Source: Podarcis cretensis
Taxonomy: Eukaryota
NCBI GenBank assembly: GCA_951804945.1
Contig: OX638149.1
Location: forward strand, 83,018,001 to 83,082,000
DNA: 64,000 nt
Direction of reading: 5' to 3'
Shown: in pieces, positions 27,401-38,618 of the stretch
How positions within the stretch are numbered: position 1 is the first letter of the stretch
How the letters are laid out: each line of letters starts with the position of its first letter
Translations under genes and position numbers: made by a program
Notes under the pieces: generated by a model
Databases searched by the model: none
The model's input: only the letters and a program-made list of their open reading frames with translations
Told to the model about the DNA's origin: nothing

Positions 27401-30400
27401 GAGGGAAAGTACTTGACTGGGCGAGAGGGTAGCATGAGAACCGTAAAGATGGACAAACCTGGACGGGAGGAACTCTTCAGCATGGAATCCAGCCCTGCCC
27501 AGGTCTCTATGCGCTCTTCTTCTACTAACAAGTTTATTTGCTGCAGGCCAGGTAAGTCAGGAGAAAGCAGCACTATCTATATTGCATTGCACTTTGTGAA
27601 CCCTCTGAAGCTGATTGGCTGTTCCTGTCTGATGAGATAGAATGTTTGTGACCATTCCACCTGCTCAGAAAATGAGGCACGGTGGTAGTCCACATTCTGC
27701 AAGCAATGGGGCAGTTGTCAGTTTGGTTGGGTAAAACTGAGATAAGACTGACTCAGGAGGCAGGGTGAAGGCTGGGAGGAGTTCTTAGGAGGTAGGTAAG
27801 CTTAGATGCTGGGACCTCAGAGGCAAGATGGATGAAGAGAGGGTGCAGAAGTAAGAAGCAGGAAAAGTGCACATACAATTGAAGTGCAAGGATCCAGTAA
27901 GATTATGGTCCCTGAAAAAACCCACAGCATTTCTTATTAAAAGTGGTGTGACAGAAGTGCTAGGGAAGCTTGCACGTGACGTTTTGTGCTCTTAAACCAG
28001 CCTGCCTCCAAAGATAAAGATAGGAAGGTCCAAATGATCCTAGGTCAGTTGACACACAGACAATGCCCCCATTCTCTGCACCATGTTTTCCTCTTTCAAT
28101 CCACAAAACACTGATTTCAGCCTGCAAGGAGTGGGCAATGGCATATGTAGGAATGCTGACCTAGGGTGTTTCTTCCCTGCCCCCTGCAGGTGCTGATCTC
28201 TATGCCAATGCTATGGCTGTTGGCAACACAGAGATCTTCCAGGTGCTGTTTGATGACACCACAAAGAAGGTCTGCTTCCGTAGCCACAGCGGCGCATATA
28301 TGTCCTTGGTGAGTGTGCCTGCCACGCGTTACGAGGAACAGCAGCGATCAGACAGGACCTAACTATGTTTCCTAACCACGGGGAAGGACGGCAGCTCATA
28401 GGTGGTAGAGCACCTGCTTTGCATGCAGAAAGCCCCAAGCTTTTTTCAGCCACAGCCACTCATTCCAGTCTTGTCCCCAACCTCCTTCCGACTATATTCT
28501 ACAATGGGCAACACTGAGACTAAGGAGGGAGGAAGCTGACAGGCAGTCCCACCCCACGACTGGTTGTGAGAATGTGGGGACTGATCAAGGGCAGAGTGAG
28601 GATGGTGGGGCAGGGCCCCTTTTGCCCTAGTGGATCAGCCTCCACTGGATACATCTGTGCCCAGATTGTGGTGCACCAACTTAATCTGGAATTCTTTTAA
28701 ATGTGAGCAAGGAGGTGGGTGAGCTGCATCCTCGACACTTGGCTGCGAGCATTCACAAAAATTGTGGCCTGCTTCAAAAAACAAAACAACTTAAGCTTGA
28801 AACTTGATGTAGTAGAGGCTTTGCCACCTCAGGTGTTCACCAACTCTCCCCAGATGAAGAAGATATATCTGTGCCGTGTGTGTATTAATACAGAAAGGCA
28901 GGCTGCAAATCAAGAGGATAATAATATAGCAAGCAGGGAACTGATAAAATGAGGCTTGTTAAATAGCAGTAGATAGCTCTTGGTCCCGGACTTGTTTGTT
29001 AATGTTAGTAAGGATTGTCTCAGTCCTTTTCCAAAACATTTTTGTCAACTTTAGTGCGGGTGGGGGGAGTTACTCTATTCTACAAAGCAAAGCAGGGCAT
29101 TATACACAATCCTCCTTGTGGAAAAGTGAAAAATTGTTTTTTGTACACTGAGGATGGAGAACCTGTGGCTCTCGAGTTGTTGTACTCAAATGCCTATTGT
29201 CCTTGATCATTGGCTGGCAGTTATTACTCCAACATCTTCAGGGCCTCAGGTTTCTCATCCCTGCCACAGATGAAATATGTAAGAGTGCAGTAGGAATGCA
29301 CAACTTCCTGAACAACCTCTTAAGAGAAAGCTAACTGCTTAAGCCTGGAGGGCTGGAGACATCTTTTTCAGGTCTGCTATTCACTTACCTGGGAGTAAAA
29401 CTTACTTATAAGTAGAGTTGAAGGTGATCTTCTGGCTGCATTGTTGTTCATGGTGTGCACATACACTATCTGCTGTGGACCATGGTCAGAAATTTTACAG
29501 ATTTTTGTTGTGCTTCAAAACTTATACTACATCTAACATACCATTTAGATGTAGTACCTTATACTACATCTAACATACCATTTAGAAATCTTAATAGTTT
29601 GGCTTCAGTCTGGGCTATGGTTCACATAGTGCAACTTGAAGTGTGAAGTCAACAAGAAAGTGGCTTTGAATAAAGCCAAGGTCCACCACCATCCCTATCT
29701 TGCTGATGCTAGAAACCCTCCACTTTTGGAGGTAACTACTGCTGGATGCGGGTGGCGCTGTGGGTTAAACCACAGAGCCTAGGACTTGTTGATCAGAAGG
29801 TCGGCGGTTCGAATCCCCACGATTGGCTGAGCTCCTGTTGCTCGGTCCCTGCTCCTGCCAACCTAGCAGTTCAAAAGCCCGTCAAAGTGTAAGTAGATAA
29901 ATAGGTACCGCTCCGGAGGGAAGGTAAACGGCGTTTTCGTGCGCTGCTCTGGTTCGCCAGAAGCGGCTTAGTCATGCTGGCCACATGACCCGGAAGCTGT
30001 ACGCCGGCTCCCTTGGCCAATAAAGCGAGATGAGCGCCACAACCCCAGAGTCTGTCATGACTGGACCTAATGGTCAGGGGTCCCTTTACCTTTACTGCTG
30101 GACTAACCTCCCTGGTATTGAGATGCTCATGCATTGCTGTACTCTTGTGTTGCATCACCCACCACAATGGGATTCTCAGTTGATGCAGCACCCAATATCT
30201 TCCACTGAAAATATATCAACATGGATCTCAGAACATAGCTGATAAAGGGACTGCAGCAGGAGGTTTCTATCAGACAAAGTAAGCTGAAAGCACAAAAAGC
30301 ACTTTCCAACGAATGCATCCTGTCTTTTGCAGGGTCCTAATGACTGTATTAACAGCAACACTAAACAGGACAGGAATGTCTGGTTCGACATCCAGTACCA

Positions 30401-32401
30401 AGACCAAAAGGTGTGTCTCCGCATAGCAGACAAGCAAGTGTCCATGCGGCCCAATGGACAGCTCCTGGCAATTCCCAAAGCTGCAGGTACAAGTTGGTAG
30501 AGAGCTTCTCTTACAAGCACCAGGGCATCAGTGTGGACAGGTGAAGACAGCTAGGGTGGGAAGAGAGACTGCACACTACCAGCTGCAAATTAGCTTTAGG
30601 TAGTTCTAGGGGAAAGGAATGGAAGTGACAGCCTTGCCCTAAGTCCCTAGATAGCCCTCTAGAGGAATAATGTGGGGAAAGTGTATGCACAGAAACCAAG
30701 CTGTCCCTGGATATAAAATTGGAACATGGGGAGCCAACCTTAAGCTCATCCCATGAAATGGCTTTTTAGACACCTCAAGGGCTTCTTATTAGAAACCAGC
30801 AACCAAAACTTTCATAATCTTGCTCCTGTAAGATGGAATGAGTTCTGTTTACACTCTCTTCCTTACACTTTGGAGTAGCTAACATCACTACAAATACAGC
30901 CTAGATGAAAGAGAAAAAAAACACCCTAAGACTCACTGAAACACTGCCCCTCTGTGCATATAATCCTGGCCCCCAGAACTGCATACCAAGTAGGTTGACA
31001 CTGCTTCTGTAATATGATCTGGGAAGCAGTCAGAGAATGAGTTCCAGTTTGGGGAGAACCACCATCAGAAATAGCTGTGCAGTTGTCCATAGTGGTTACT
31101 TGAATGAACTTTGGGGCAAATGCCACTGACAGTAGAAATCGGGATAAAACCCAAGGGAAGAACAGTATTTGAAGTCCAAGCCATTAAAAGCTTTCTGTGC
31201 CATAAGCAGCACCTTGAATCAAGTAAGAAAGACTAGAGGGAGACATTGTGAATTCTGGGCCCCTGTTACAACACTCAGCCTGGCTTCTCAGTGTGGGGCG
31301 ATTTCTCCTGATCTTTAGCACTGAGGTTGACTTTCCCTGGGGAGCTGATTCCCTCTTGAGAGCAAAAGGAAGGGTGGCAAAATAGTTCTCTTTGAAAGCC
31401 AGGTGCGGCCAATGCTAAAGGTTTCCCTTGTACCTTCAGGGAAGAGTGAAGATTTCCTGCTGGTGCTGGTGAACCGGCCACTGCTTGTCCTGCACAGTGA
31501 TGCCGGCTACGTGGGTCTGTGTTCTGACATGAGGAAGTTGGAAGGGAACTGCGTCAGCTATGTTGCCAGCAGCCTGTCGCTCACTGAGGAAGGCTACTAC
31601 AACTTCCAAGTTGGTTAGTATGTGTCCAGGTGGGACTAAGTATATTCCAAGGGGTTGCGGTCTCCTAGTATCTGTGTTGCGAGAGAAACATGACCTACTC
31701 ATAAATGGGAGCTGCCATCAAAGGATTTTTATAAAAACAAGCCTAGTTTATACGTAGCCATAAGAGGGAGCCAAAACTTGCTTTCCCAAACCAAAACAAT
31801 GCAAGAGAGCGCATCATCACTATTTCCCCCCCTTTGCCATTTGTTTTGCTCCATGACCCCTGGACAATAGTTTCCTAGGCCCAATTAAGGATAAACTACT
31901 GTTCAGGTTGGATGGCCATCTGTCATGGTTGATTTAGCTGTGATTCCTGTGTTGCAGGGCGTTGGACTAGATGACCCTTGGGTCCCTTCCAACTCTATTA
32001 TTCTAGGTGTCGGTCATGTTTTCACTTTATACATGGTTTCTTTCTAAACCATACCTAGTATTGCCATGACAAGCACATCCTAATTACCTGTGATTCTTTT
32101 ACCTTGTAAACATTAGAGAGATCCAAGAGCTGGTCTTGCCACGCCTCTACCTTCCCTGACCCTCACCCTTCCTTCCACTAATTCTGCCACTTGACTTGCA
32201 GGCAGCAAGTACTGGGCTCTGGATAACGATGGACAAATCTTGGTAAACAGTGACCGTCCCAGCAATTTCACCATCCAGTTTGCATCCTCCAGCTGCCTGA
32301 TCATCAAAGCACCCAACAACAAGTTTTTTGTGGCTGAGCAAGGAGGCCGACTATGGGCAGGGGCTTCAGACGCATCTGGAGCAACACTGTTCCATTTCTG
32401 A
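24431..32401 (+). CDS. Fascin-family actin-bundling protein (four beta-trefoil domains), 494 aa, divergent paralogue
   Basis: Exons 24431-24736, 25505-25754, 27270-27551, 28190-28308, 30333-30486, 31440-31613, 32202-32401 total 1485 nt with no internal stop; all GT-AG and in phase. Fascin motifs: EFGLVNAANRYLTAEPFRFQV, RYLAADANGKVTCD, KWTLHLAVHPNV..NRKRYV, DRDMPWG, VALRDEEGKYL, PGREELF, NGQL, LVNRPLLVL, KYW. Kozak ACCATG; AATAAA at 32428. Confidence 0.93.
29744..30092 (+). mobile_element. Sauria SINE, full length, in fascin-like intron 4
   Basis: tRNA-like head (GGTGGCGCTGTGGG...GGTTCGAATCC), ACCTTT-type tail, TSD TACTGCTGGA (29737-29746 and 30093-30102). Confidence 0.85.
31920..32005 (+). 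mobile_element. CR1 LINE 3' end fragment
   Basis: GGTTG...TTGGACTAGATGACCCTTGGGTCCCTTCCAACTCTATTATTCTA, typical of a CR1 terminus. Confidence 0.6.
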
Positions 32402-32820
32402 GAGCATCTGACCTTGCTCTTCCCACCAATAAACTTTTTCTGTGTGGGCTTACTTCATGCTTATCTCAACTCATGCCCAATTGGCCCATGCGTTAGACCT
32501 CTTGGAAATAACCCTTCCTCCATAGATCCTCCCTCACACAGGGCATACTTGAACTCTAAATGAAAGCTCTGCTACCTACAGCAGACCCAAGCCAGGACCC
32601 TTGAATGTGAATTTCCTTATGCAAAAACTTTCTGTGCCCATGAGGTTCCTTCTGAACTGCCTTCATGCAGTTAGGATGATTTGCTTGCAAAGCCTCAGTA
32701 ATCTTAAAGATGTATACCTCTCTTCAGCCCAAGAGGGGTCCCCCATGCTTCTAGGAGCACTGTTGTTCTCCCAGTGGACCAATGTTTGTCTGAAGCTCCA
32801 CATAGCTACAGTAGTTTAAA

Positions 32821-32834
32821 AATAAATATTTATT
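32821..32834. terminator. Palindromic bidirectional poly(A) signal AATAAATATTTATT
   Basis: AATAAA on + (32821-32826) and on - (32834-32829), between the convergent fascin-like and TMEM216 genes. Confidence 0.55.
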
Positions 32835-33441
32835 CCAAGGATGCAGTAGAAAACCAAGTATCACAAATTATCAATACACACCAATAACAACACTGATTTG
32901 GGGGGAAGCGGCACAAGGCCTGCTGCCCTTAACCCTACCCCCATTCAGGAAGAGGGCACAGGAGGTAACACAACAATTAGAGAGGATGAGCAAGACTGCC
33001 CTCCTGAGTCACTGCACACATGCTAGAGTCTTGAGTTGTTAGAATGTACCACGCTGGGGAATTCAGAGGACACACCAGCTGCAGGCAAAGTCTGATTATT
33101 AGGTGGCATTCACTGGCCCATAGTCTTTTGACTTGCGAGAGTCAATTACCCAAGGTACAAAGTTGGAATGGATCAATCTGCGCCCTCCAGGAGGATTGCA
33201 AGCTCAGGGTGGGTGGGTGGGTCTGTCATCTCATGAAAACTGTTTCCAGACACTGGAGACCCTGCTAATGGTGCTCTACCTGAATGAGCTTGAAATGAGA
33301 AGTTGAGCCACCTTCTTTCAGCTTATTGGGGGAATTGGACCCACACCTCATCTTGTTCCAGCCACAGAAATGGAGGGTTCATGCAGCCTCTCTCCAATCT
33401 GAAGAGCACACGGTTCCATACATTGCAGCCCACAAAGGTTC

Positions 33442-36400
33442 TCAGTAAGAGTCCAAGCTGCAGAAAATAGAGAGCGAAACGTGAGGATCTTAGAAACAGC
33501 GACAGCAAATACCTCGGCCTTCTTACCCAATTTACAGAGGAACAGACTGAACACCTATTCCAAGGATTGGGAACCTGCAGCCCTCCAGATGTTGGAATCC
33601 AACTCCCACCATGGCCAATAGTCAGTGATGATTGAAGTTGTCTAGCAACATCTGGGGAGCCCATGTTCTATTCCATTGATTCCCCTGTTTGAAGAAATAA
33701 GCCAACCAACATAAATATATGATAAGCCACCTGTGCAATTTAGCATTACATCACTGAGCCTGAATCAATCAGAAAAAGAACGTCAAACCTGCATGTTCTC
33801 CCACAACAGCCAAGGAGGACTTCAGCAGGATTTTATGTTCTCTATTTAATTCTACTTTTAAAGAATCCTAGCTTAGCATTATGTCTGAACCAGGAATCCT
33901 GGTTTAAAACTCTGCTAAGTGCCATAATAAATCAACTTCACACTATGGGTTATGAATTTGGCTTCTTAAACTGATCAGAGTTACAGTATACCAATTTCCA
34001 GAGAGTATAACAGAAAGGTTTGCATTCAACACAGCGCTAAGAAGAAAAATTTCTCCTTGTGCAATTGAACATTTTCGCCACCTGCATGCCCCTTAAATCT
34101 GCTCTGGGAATGGCATAGGGCACAGAAGTCCCACTGTACTAATATTAATCCTTGCACTAATGTGGATACTTGGTTGAATATTGTCCAGTCTTTGAGGGAC
34201 ATTAAAGGCTAAGCTAACACACTTATTACAGCTTAAGCTAGTCCATGAAAACTTATGCCATAACTAATCTGATGCTTTTTAATGTGCCACAGGACTTTTG
34301 TTGTTTTAAACCAGGATTCTTGGTTCCAACATGATGCTAAATGGGGATTTAAAAGTGAAAGGAAATCCTTCCAAGTCCTCCCAGCCATAAAGGAAGAGGA
34401 TATGGGGACTCACACACGAGCCTGAAACTTCACTTAGCACTAAACCCAACATTACCAGTCAGTGTCTTAAAAAACAAAATCTAATCAATGCACATAAAAA
34501 AATATTTCCCTAAAATACCATAATGGTAGGCAAGTAAAGTACCTGGAGAAGGCAGCCAGAGTGAGAACACCCAGTAACAGCTCCACAGCATAGAAGAGGA
34601 GGAGGATAGCATTAAGGATGGCCTCCAGCCGCAGAGCATAAGTCTGCAGCAGCAGATAATAGGCTGCCATCACTGCTGCTGGAAAGGTTAAAGCCAGACT
34701 GATAGCAAGTGGCACTTTCCGTTGACAGAGGTTCCCTTTTGAGCCTGCCATACACAGAAAATATGAAAAAGAAAATGCATAGACCTGTTCAGCATAAAAG
34801 CCACAATATTTGGAATCTGAGGGCACAAAATGAATAGTTCTACTTTTCAGGGATCAGTTCTCATTTAACTAAATAAGTTAAAAAATTGTCCAGTAGCACC
34901 TTTGAGACCAACTAAGTTTGTTCTGGGTATAAGCTTTTGTGTGCATGCACACTTCTTCAGATACACTGAAACAGAAGTCACTAGACCTTTATATAGAATG
35001 GGAGGTGGGGTGGGGTATTTCTCCGAGGGGTAGTAGGAGATGGGTGATTGGCTCAATGGGTATGGTAAACCTGTTGACGACTGTGAACAATTTTTTAATT
35101 TATATATATATGAATGGGTGAATGGGATGAATGGGATCTCATATTTCCACCCACATAATGTTGTCTTGCCTCCTACCTACTCCCGAATTAGGGAATGTAC
35201 CACAAAGCCCCTTTTTCAGCCTTTGGGCATCATTTCATTGGAGGCACCTATTCCAGTTCAGCAGAATAATTAGGAAGGCCTGGAATGATGGGAGTGAAGG
35301 CACTGTCAGCAATTTACACTCTGCTCAACTACTCTACTCTCAAACACCTTTGCTGTTGGAGAAGCAGAATTTATCAATGAGTGAACCACAACAACAACAA
35401 TAATAAATTTTATTCATATCCTGCCCATCTGGCTGGGTTTCCCCAGGAGTCATCTTTTCAGGTCAAGTGCCATCAAAGATGCTCACAAAATGGCAGGTGA
35501 GTGCACTACTCGTAAGAACATTTTTATTGAATACTCACCAAAAAATATCCGGGTCACCTCAATCCCAAGATAGAGAAAAAGCATAATCAGGTCCAAAGCC
35601 AAATTGGCAGAGGGGTAGGGCAACAGGAGTCCTAAGTGGGTGCACAAATGGACATATGCATTAAGAGAACAGCAAAGCAACAAACACTGGGACATGAATG
35701 GTTCTGAAAAAGGCTTTGAACTCTCAAGCAGCTAGGTGAGAAATAAATAATTACACTATCCACTTTGTTCTTTCACTTTCTTCAGGTGAGAGCCACAAGA
35801 TAAATGCGTAAAAAACCCCTTCTGCAGGCAACCCAAACACATCATCCCTTCAAAGACTCACCTTTATAGACAAATATGAAAATCTCCAGCAGAAAATATG
35901 TTGCGTAATACCAGCCATTCAGGAACAGGAGAATCTCCAGAGGGGTGGAGGAGAGCTGGCGATCTACGGGGTGAAACCAGAACATGATTATCTATGGGGT
36001 ACACATTTTGTGTTCCACTCTCACCTTCTCTCAAAGAGGAGCAGTACAAACTTTCTTGAGAGACTATATAAGGGTTCATGTACAATTCAACTTATCCCCC
36101 TGCTTTCCAGCTGAATCAGAGCCAATGGCAATTCTGGTTTTCCCAGGACTGCCATTTGTTCCAATCTATCCCAAGGTGGGTTTTCGGAAATGAGCAGGGC
36201 AAAGGGTGTGAGTCAAGCAGAAACTGCTGCTAAGAAGCCAAGCAGCAATGAGGTCTCAGTTCTGTTCTAAACTCAGTCAAGAGACCGGTGCGAGGTGAAG
36301 ATTGTCAAAATGGAAGCCCTGAGATGACAACAGCCATTAGGGGACGCCAATATTTGTACTGGGCTGGACAAGTGTGCAGCCACTCTCCATTTTGCCTTTC

Positions 36401-36996
36401 TTGTATTTGCACTGGACGTTGTGAGCTCAAAATTGGGATGCTGCGGCCTCACCAGCTTAGCGTGGAACCTCAGCACATGGTCTAACATACCTCAGGCAAA
36501 GGGAAACCAACCAGCAGCAGAGAATAAAAACCCTAACCCACCGATCTGAACCCCTTGGAAGGGTCCAAAACCCCGTATTTGGGCAGCTTTATGCTAGGAG
36601 AGGGTTGCGAAGGGGCAGCCTCCCGCAGGACGTAGCGCCGAGTCTACCACCCTCCTCTGGCAGGATGGTTTTTCTGGGGGAGCTCAGCGCGAGGGTGAGC
36701 CAAGAGGGGACCCGGGGGCTACTCTGCCTCCTTCCGCTTCGCTCCGGCTATTCCTCCCGCCTGGGGAGCGCTTGGCGGGATGCCGTCGGATCCCCGCCGT
36801 CGCTGCCGGGCTGCAGCCGGAGTCCGGTTCCCGTCCCTGCTGCAGGGCTCGGGGTGTCCTGGGCGGCGGGCCGGGCGAGCGGGGTGGGAATGAAGAAGAG
36901 CCGAGCCCTCCACGGGGACCAGTCGCAGTCACGTGACCTCGCAGCCCCCAGGGCCCTAGAACGCTGCCGGGAGCCCGACTTACTGCGAGGCGCCAT
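33442..36996 (-). CDS. TMEM216: Transmembrane protein 216 (ciliary transition zone), 141 aa
   Basis: Exons 36996-36984, 35963-35862, 35631-35539, 34744-34543, 33457-33442 total 426 nt. Translation MAPRNRQLSSTPLEILLFLNGWYYATYFLLEIFIFVYKGLLLPYP...GSKGNLCQRKVPL...LLQTYALRLEAI...FSSLDSY*. Confidence 0.95.
33560..33680. repeat. Short palindromic interspersed repeat (probable hAT-derived MITE), several copies
   Basis: GGGAACCTG..CCCTCCAGATGTTG...CAACATCTGG(A/G)GAGCC. Related copies near 4845-4985, 29150-29265, 43940-44070, 47790-47910 and 51595-51735. Confidence 0.5.
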
Positions 36997-37450
36997 CTTC
37001 CATCGCCATGGAAACCGCTACGCAGGAAACCCACTTCCGGCGGAGCTCACGGCACGAAAGCGGGAGAGGGCGGAGTGGCGCGCAGCGTTCGCGGAGGTAG
37101 AAAGGTCTGGGTTGGCGAGGCGCGCGCTCGCTCCCTCGCTCCCAGCACGTTAGACCGAATGGAAGCCGAGCAGAGCCGCTCTATCCCTCGCCTCTTTGTG
37201 CCGGAAGACCCGTTAGAAAGGCAAAAAGCTCCACGCGATACCGGATATCAGAGCCGCGTCTCTTTGGGGCGGAGGCCCAGATTCCGAGCGGGGACGGCGT
37301 CGCCTCGTCTCCATGGTAACCCATGAATTCTACCCGAGCTTCCTCCGCGCGAGTTGTGGAGGCAGGAAATAAACACAGGCGCTCCGTTCTCCCGCCTTCT
37401 GACAAGGAGCGACACCTATTTCTTTGCTTGTTATGTAACGGCCCCGTTTT
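36600..37450 (-). promoter_or_regulatory. TMEM216 CpG-island promoter with two RFX X-boxes
   Basis: ATCGCCATGGAAAC at 37002-37015, GTCTCCATGGTAAC at 37307-37320, ETS CACTTCCGG near 37032, YY1 AAGATGGCG over the ATG, E-box GTCACGTGAC at 36928-36937. Confidence 0.8.
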
Positions 37451-38618
37451 TCTTCCGCCCTTTACTCACACGCACATTTTTATTTTAGATTTTACAAGCT
37501 CTTTTTCCCGGGAAGCGGGGACAACATAGACACACGCACATCATACAAAGCACCTCGGATTGCTCAGTTCACATGGCCCAAATGGCACTTAGCTCGTATA
37601 TATCCGAAAATCCACTCCCAAATCCACCGCTTACCAAGTTACCCAGCATCACCTCCTGCCCTCGAAAGCTTTTTTATTATTCTGTCAAAGGCCCACAGCG
37701 TTCCACAGTTAATGCTACTGTTAGGAGTCTTGCCCCACATTTCAGAGTACAAGATTTCCTGGGTATTGCGCTTTAGGAACAAGCTTCTGTTCCCCCTCCC
37801 AGTCTATTTTTTCTGTGAATTTCATTATCTTACCCTAAACCACACACATGCCAGGCATAACATCCATTTGTTTCCTGTATTGAAATGTTGCTAAATTATA
37901 TGGTTCATTTTTAATATCAATAGCACAACACAGAGAACTGCTGGTAATAAATAAAGCCTTGGAATGGAAGGAACACCCTTTTACTACCACACATTAGAGG
38001 AAAAACAAAGCAAGATCACCACGCTTTGGTTTCTGAAAAAGAGCAAATTTATTTTCTCACCATTTATAAAAATGCAAGTACAAAAGGGGAATCTAACAAG
38101 TCAATGAGAGTACATTTGCTCAGGCTGAATACTGCAAAGCCAAACCATAGTCTTTATGCCTTGTCACACTGTCAGAGGTACTAGTGAAGGCAGGAATCCT
38201 TTTCTGTCACAGGGGAGCTTAGGGCAAGAAAATATTCTCAAGGAGGAAAATGCAGCATTGCTACTCAGTGGGAGTTGTCAGCCAAATCTGTTTGGCACTT
38301 CAGATCGTTCCTCAGTAAGGCTGCAGCCAAATCCAGAGTGCAGTTTGCTGAACTGAAAGGAGGATTGTGGAGTGCTTGGAGACTGAGAAGCATACTGTAG
38401 CAAGCAGGGTATCCACAAAAGAGCAGTTCCATTGATGGGTAGCCTAATGTGCATGAATGTAGGAAAGGGATGAAGTCATTTGACCACATGAGATTTAGAA
38501 CTTGACTGTAGGAGACAAATTGTAGTGGCAGGAGGGGAACTTGCTGCAAGATATTGGTAAAATCTCTGTGGACATTCTAGCAAGCTGGCCTCTGCTCCAA
38601 ATGATCCAGAAGCCGCTG

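Noticed and set aside
29744-29830. tRNA-like A/B boxes (also at 43700-43770 and 56984-57060)
   Set aside because: These are SINE heads attached to SINE bodies and tails, not tRNA genes.
33323-33664. Alternative TMEM216 last exon using the acceptor near 33555
   Set aside because: The acceptor at 33458 has a better pyrimidine tract and gives the expected short SLDSY* C-terminus.
36605-37405. 182-aa and other ORFs over the TMEM216 promoter
   Set aside because: GC-island artefacts with no recognisable domain.
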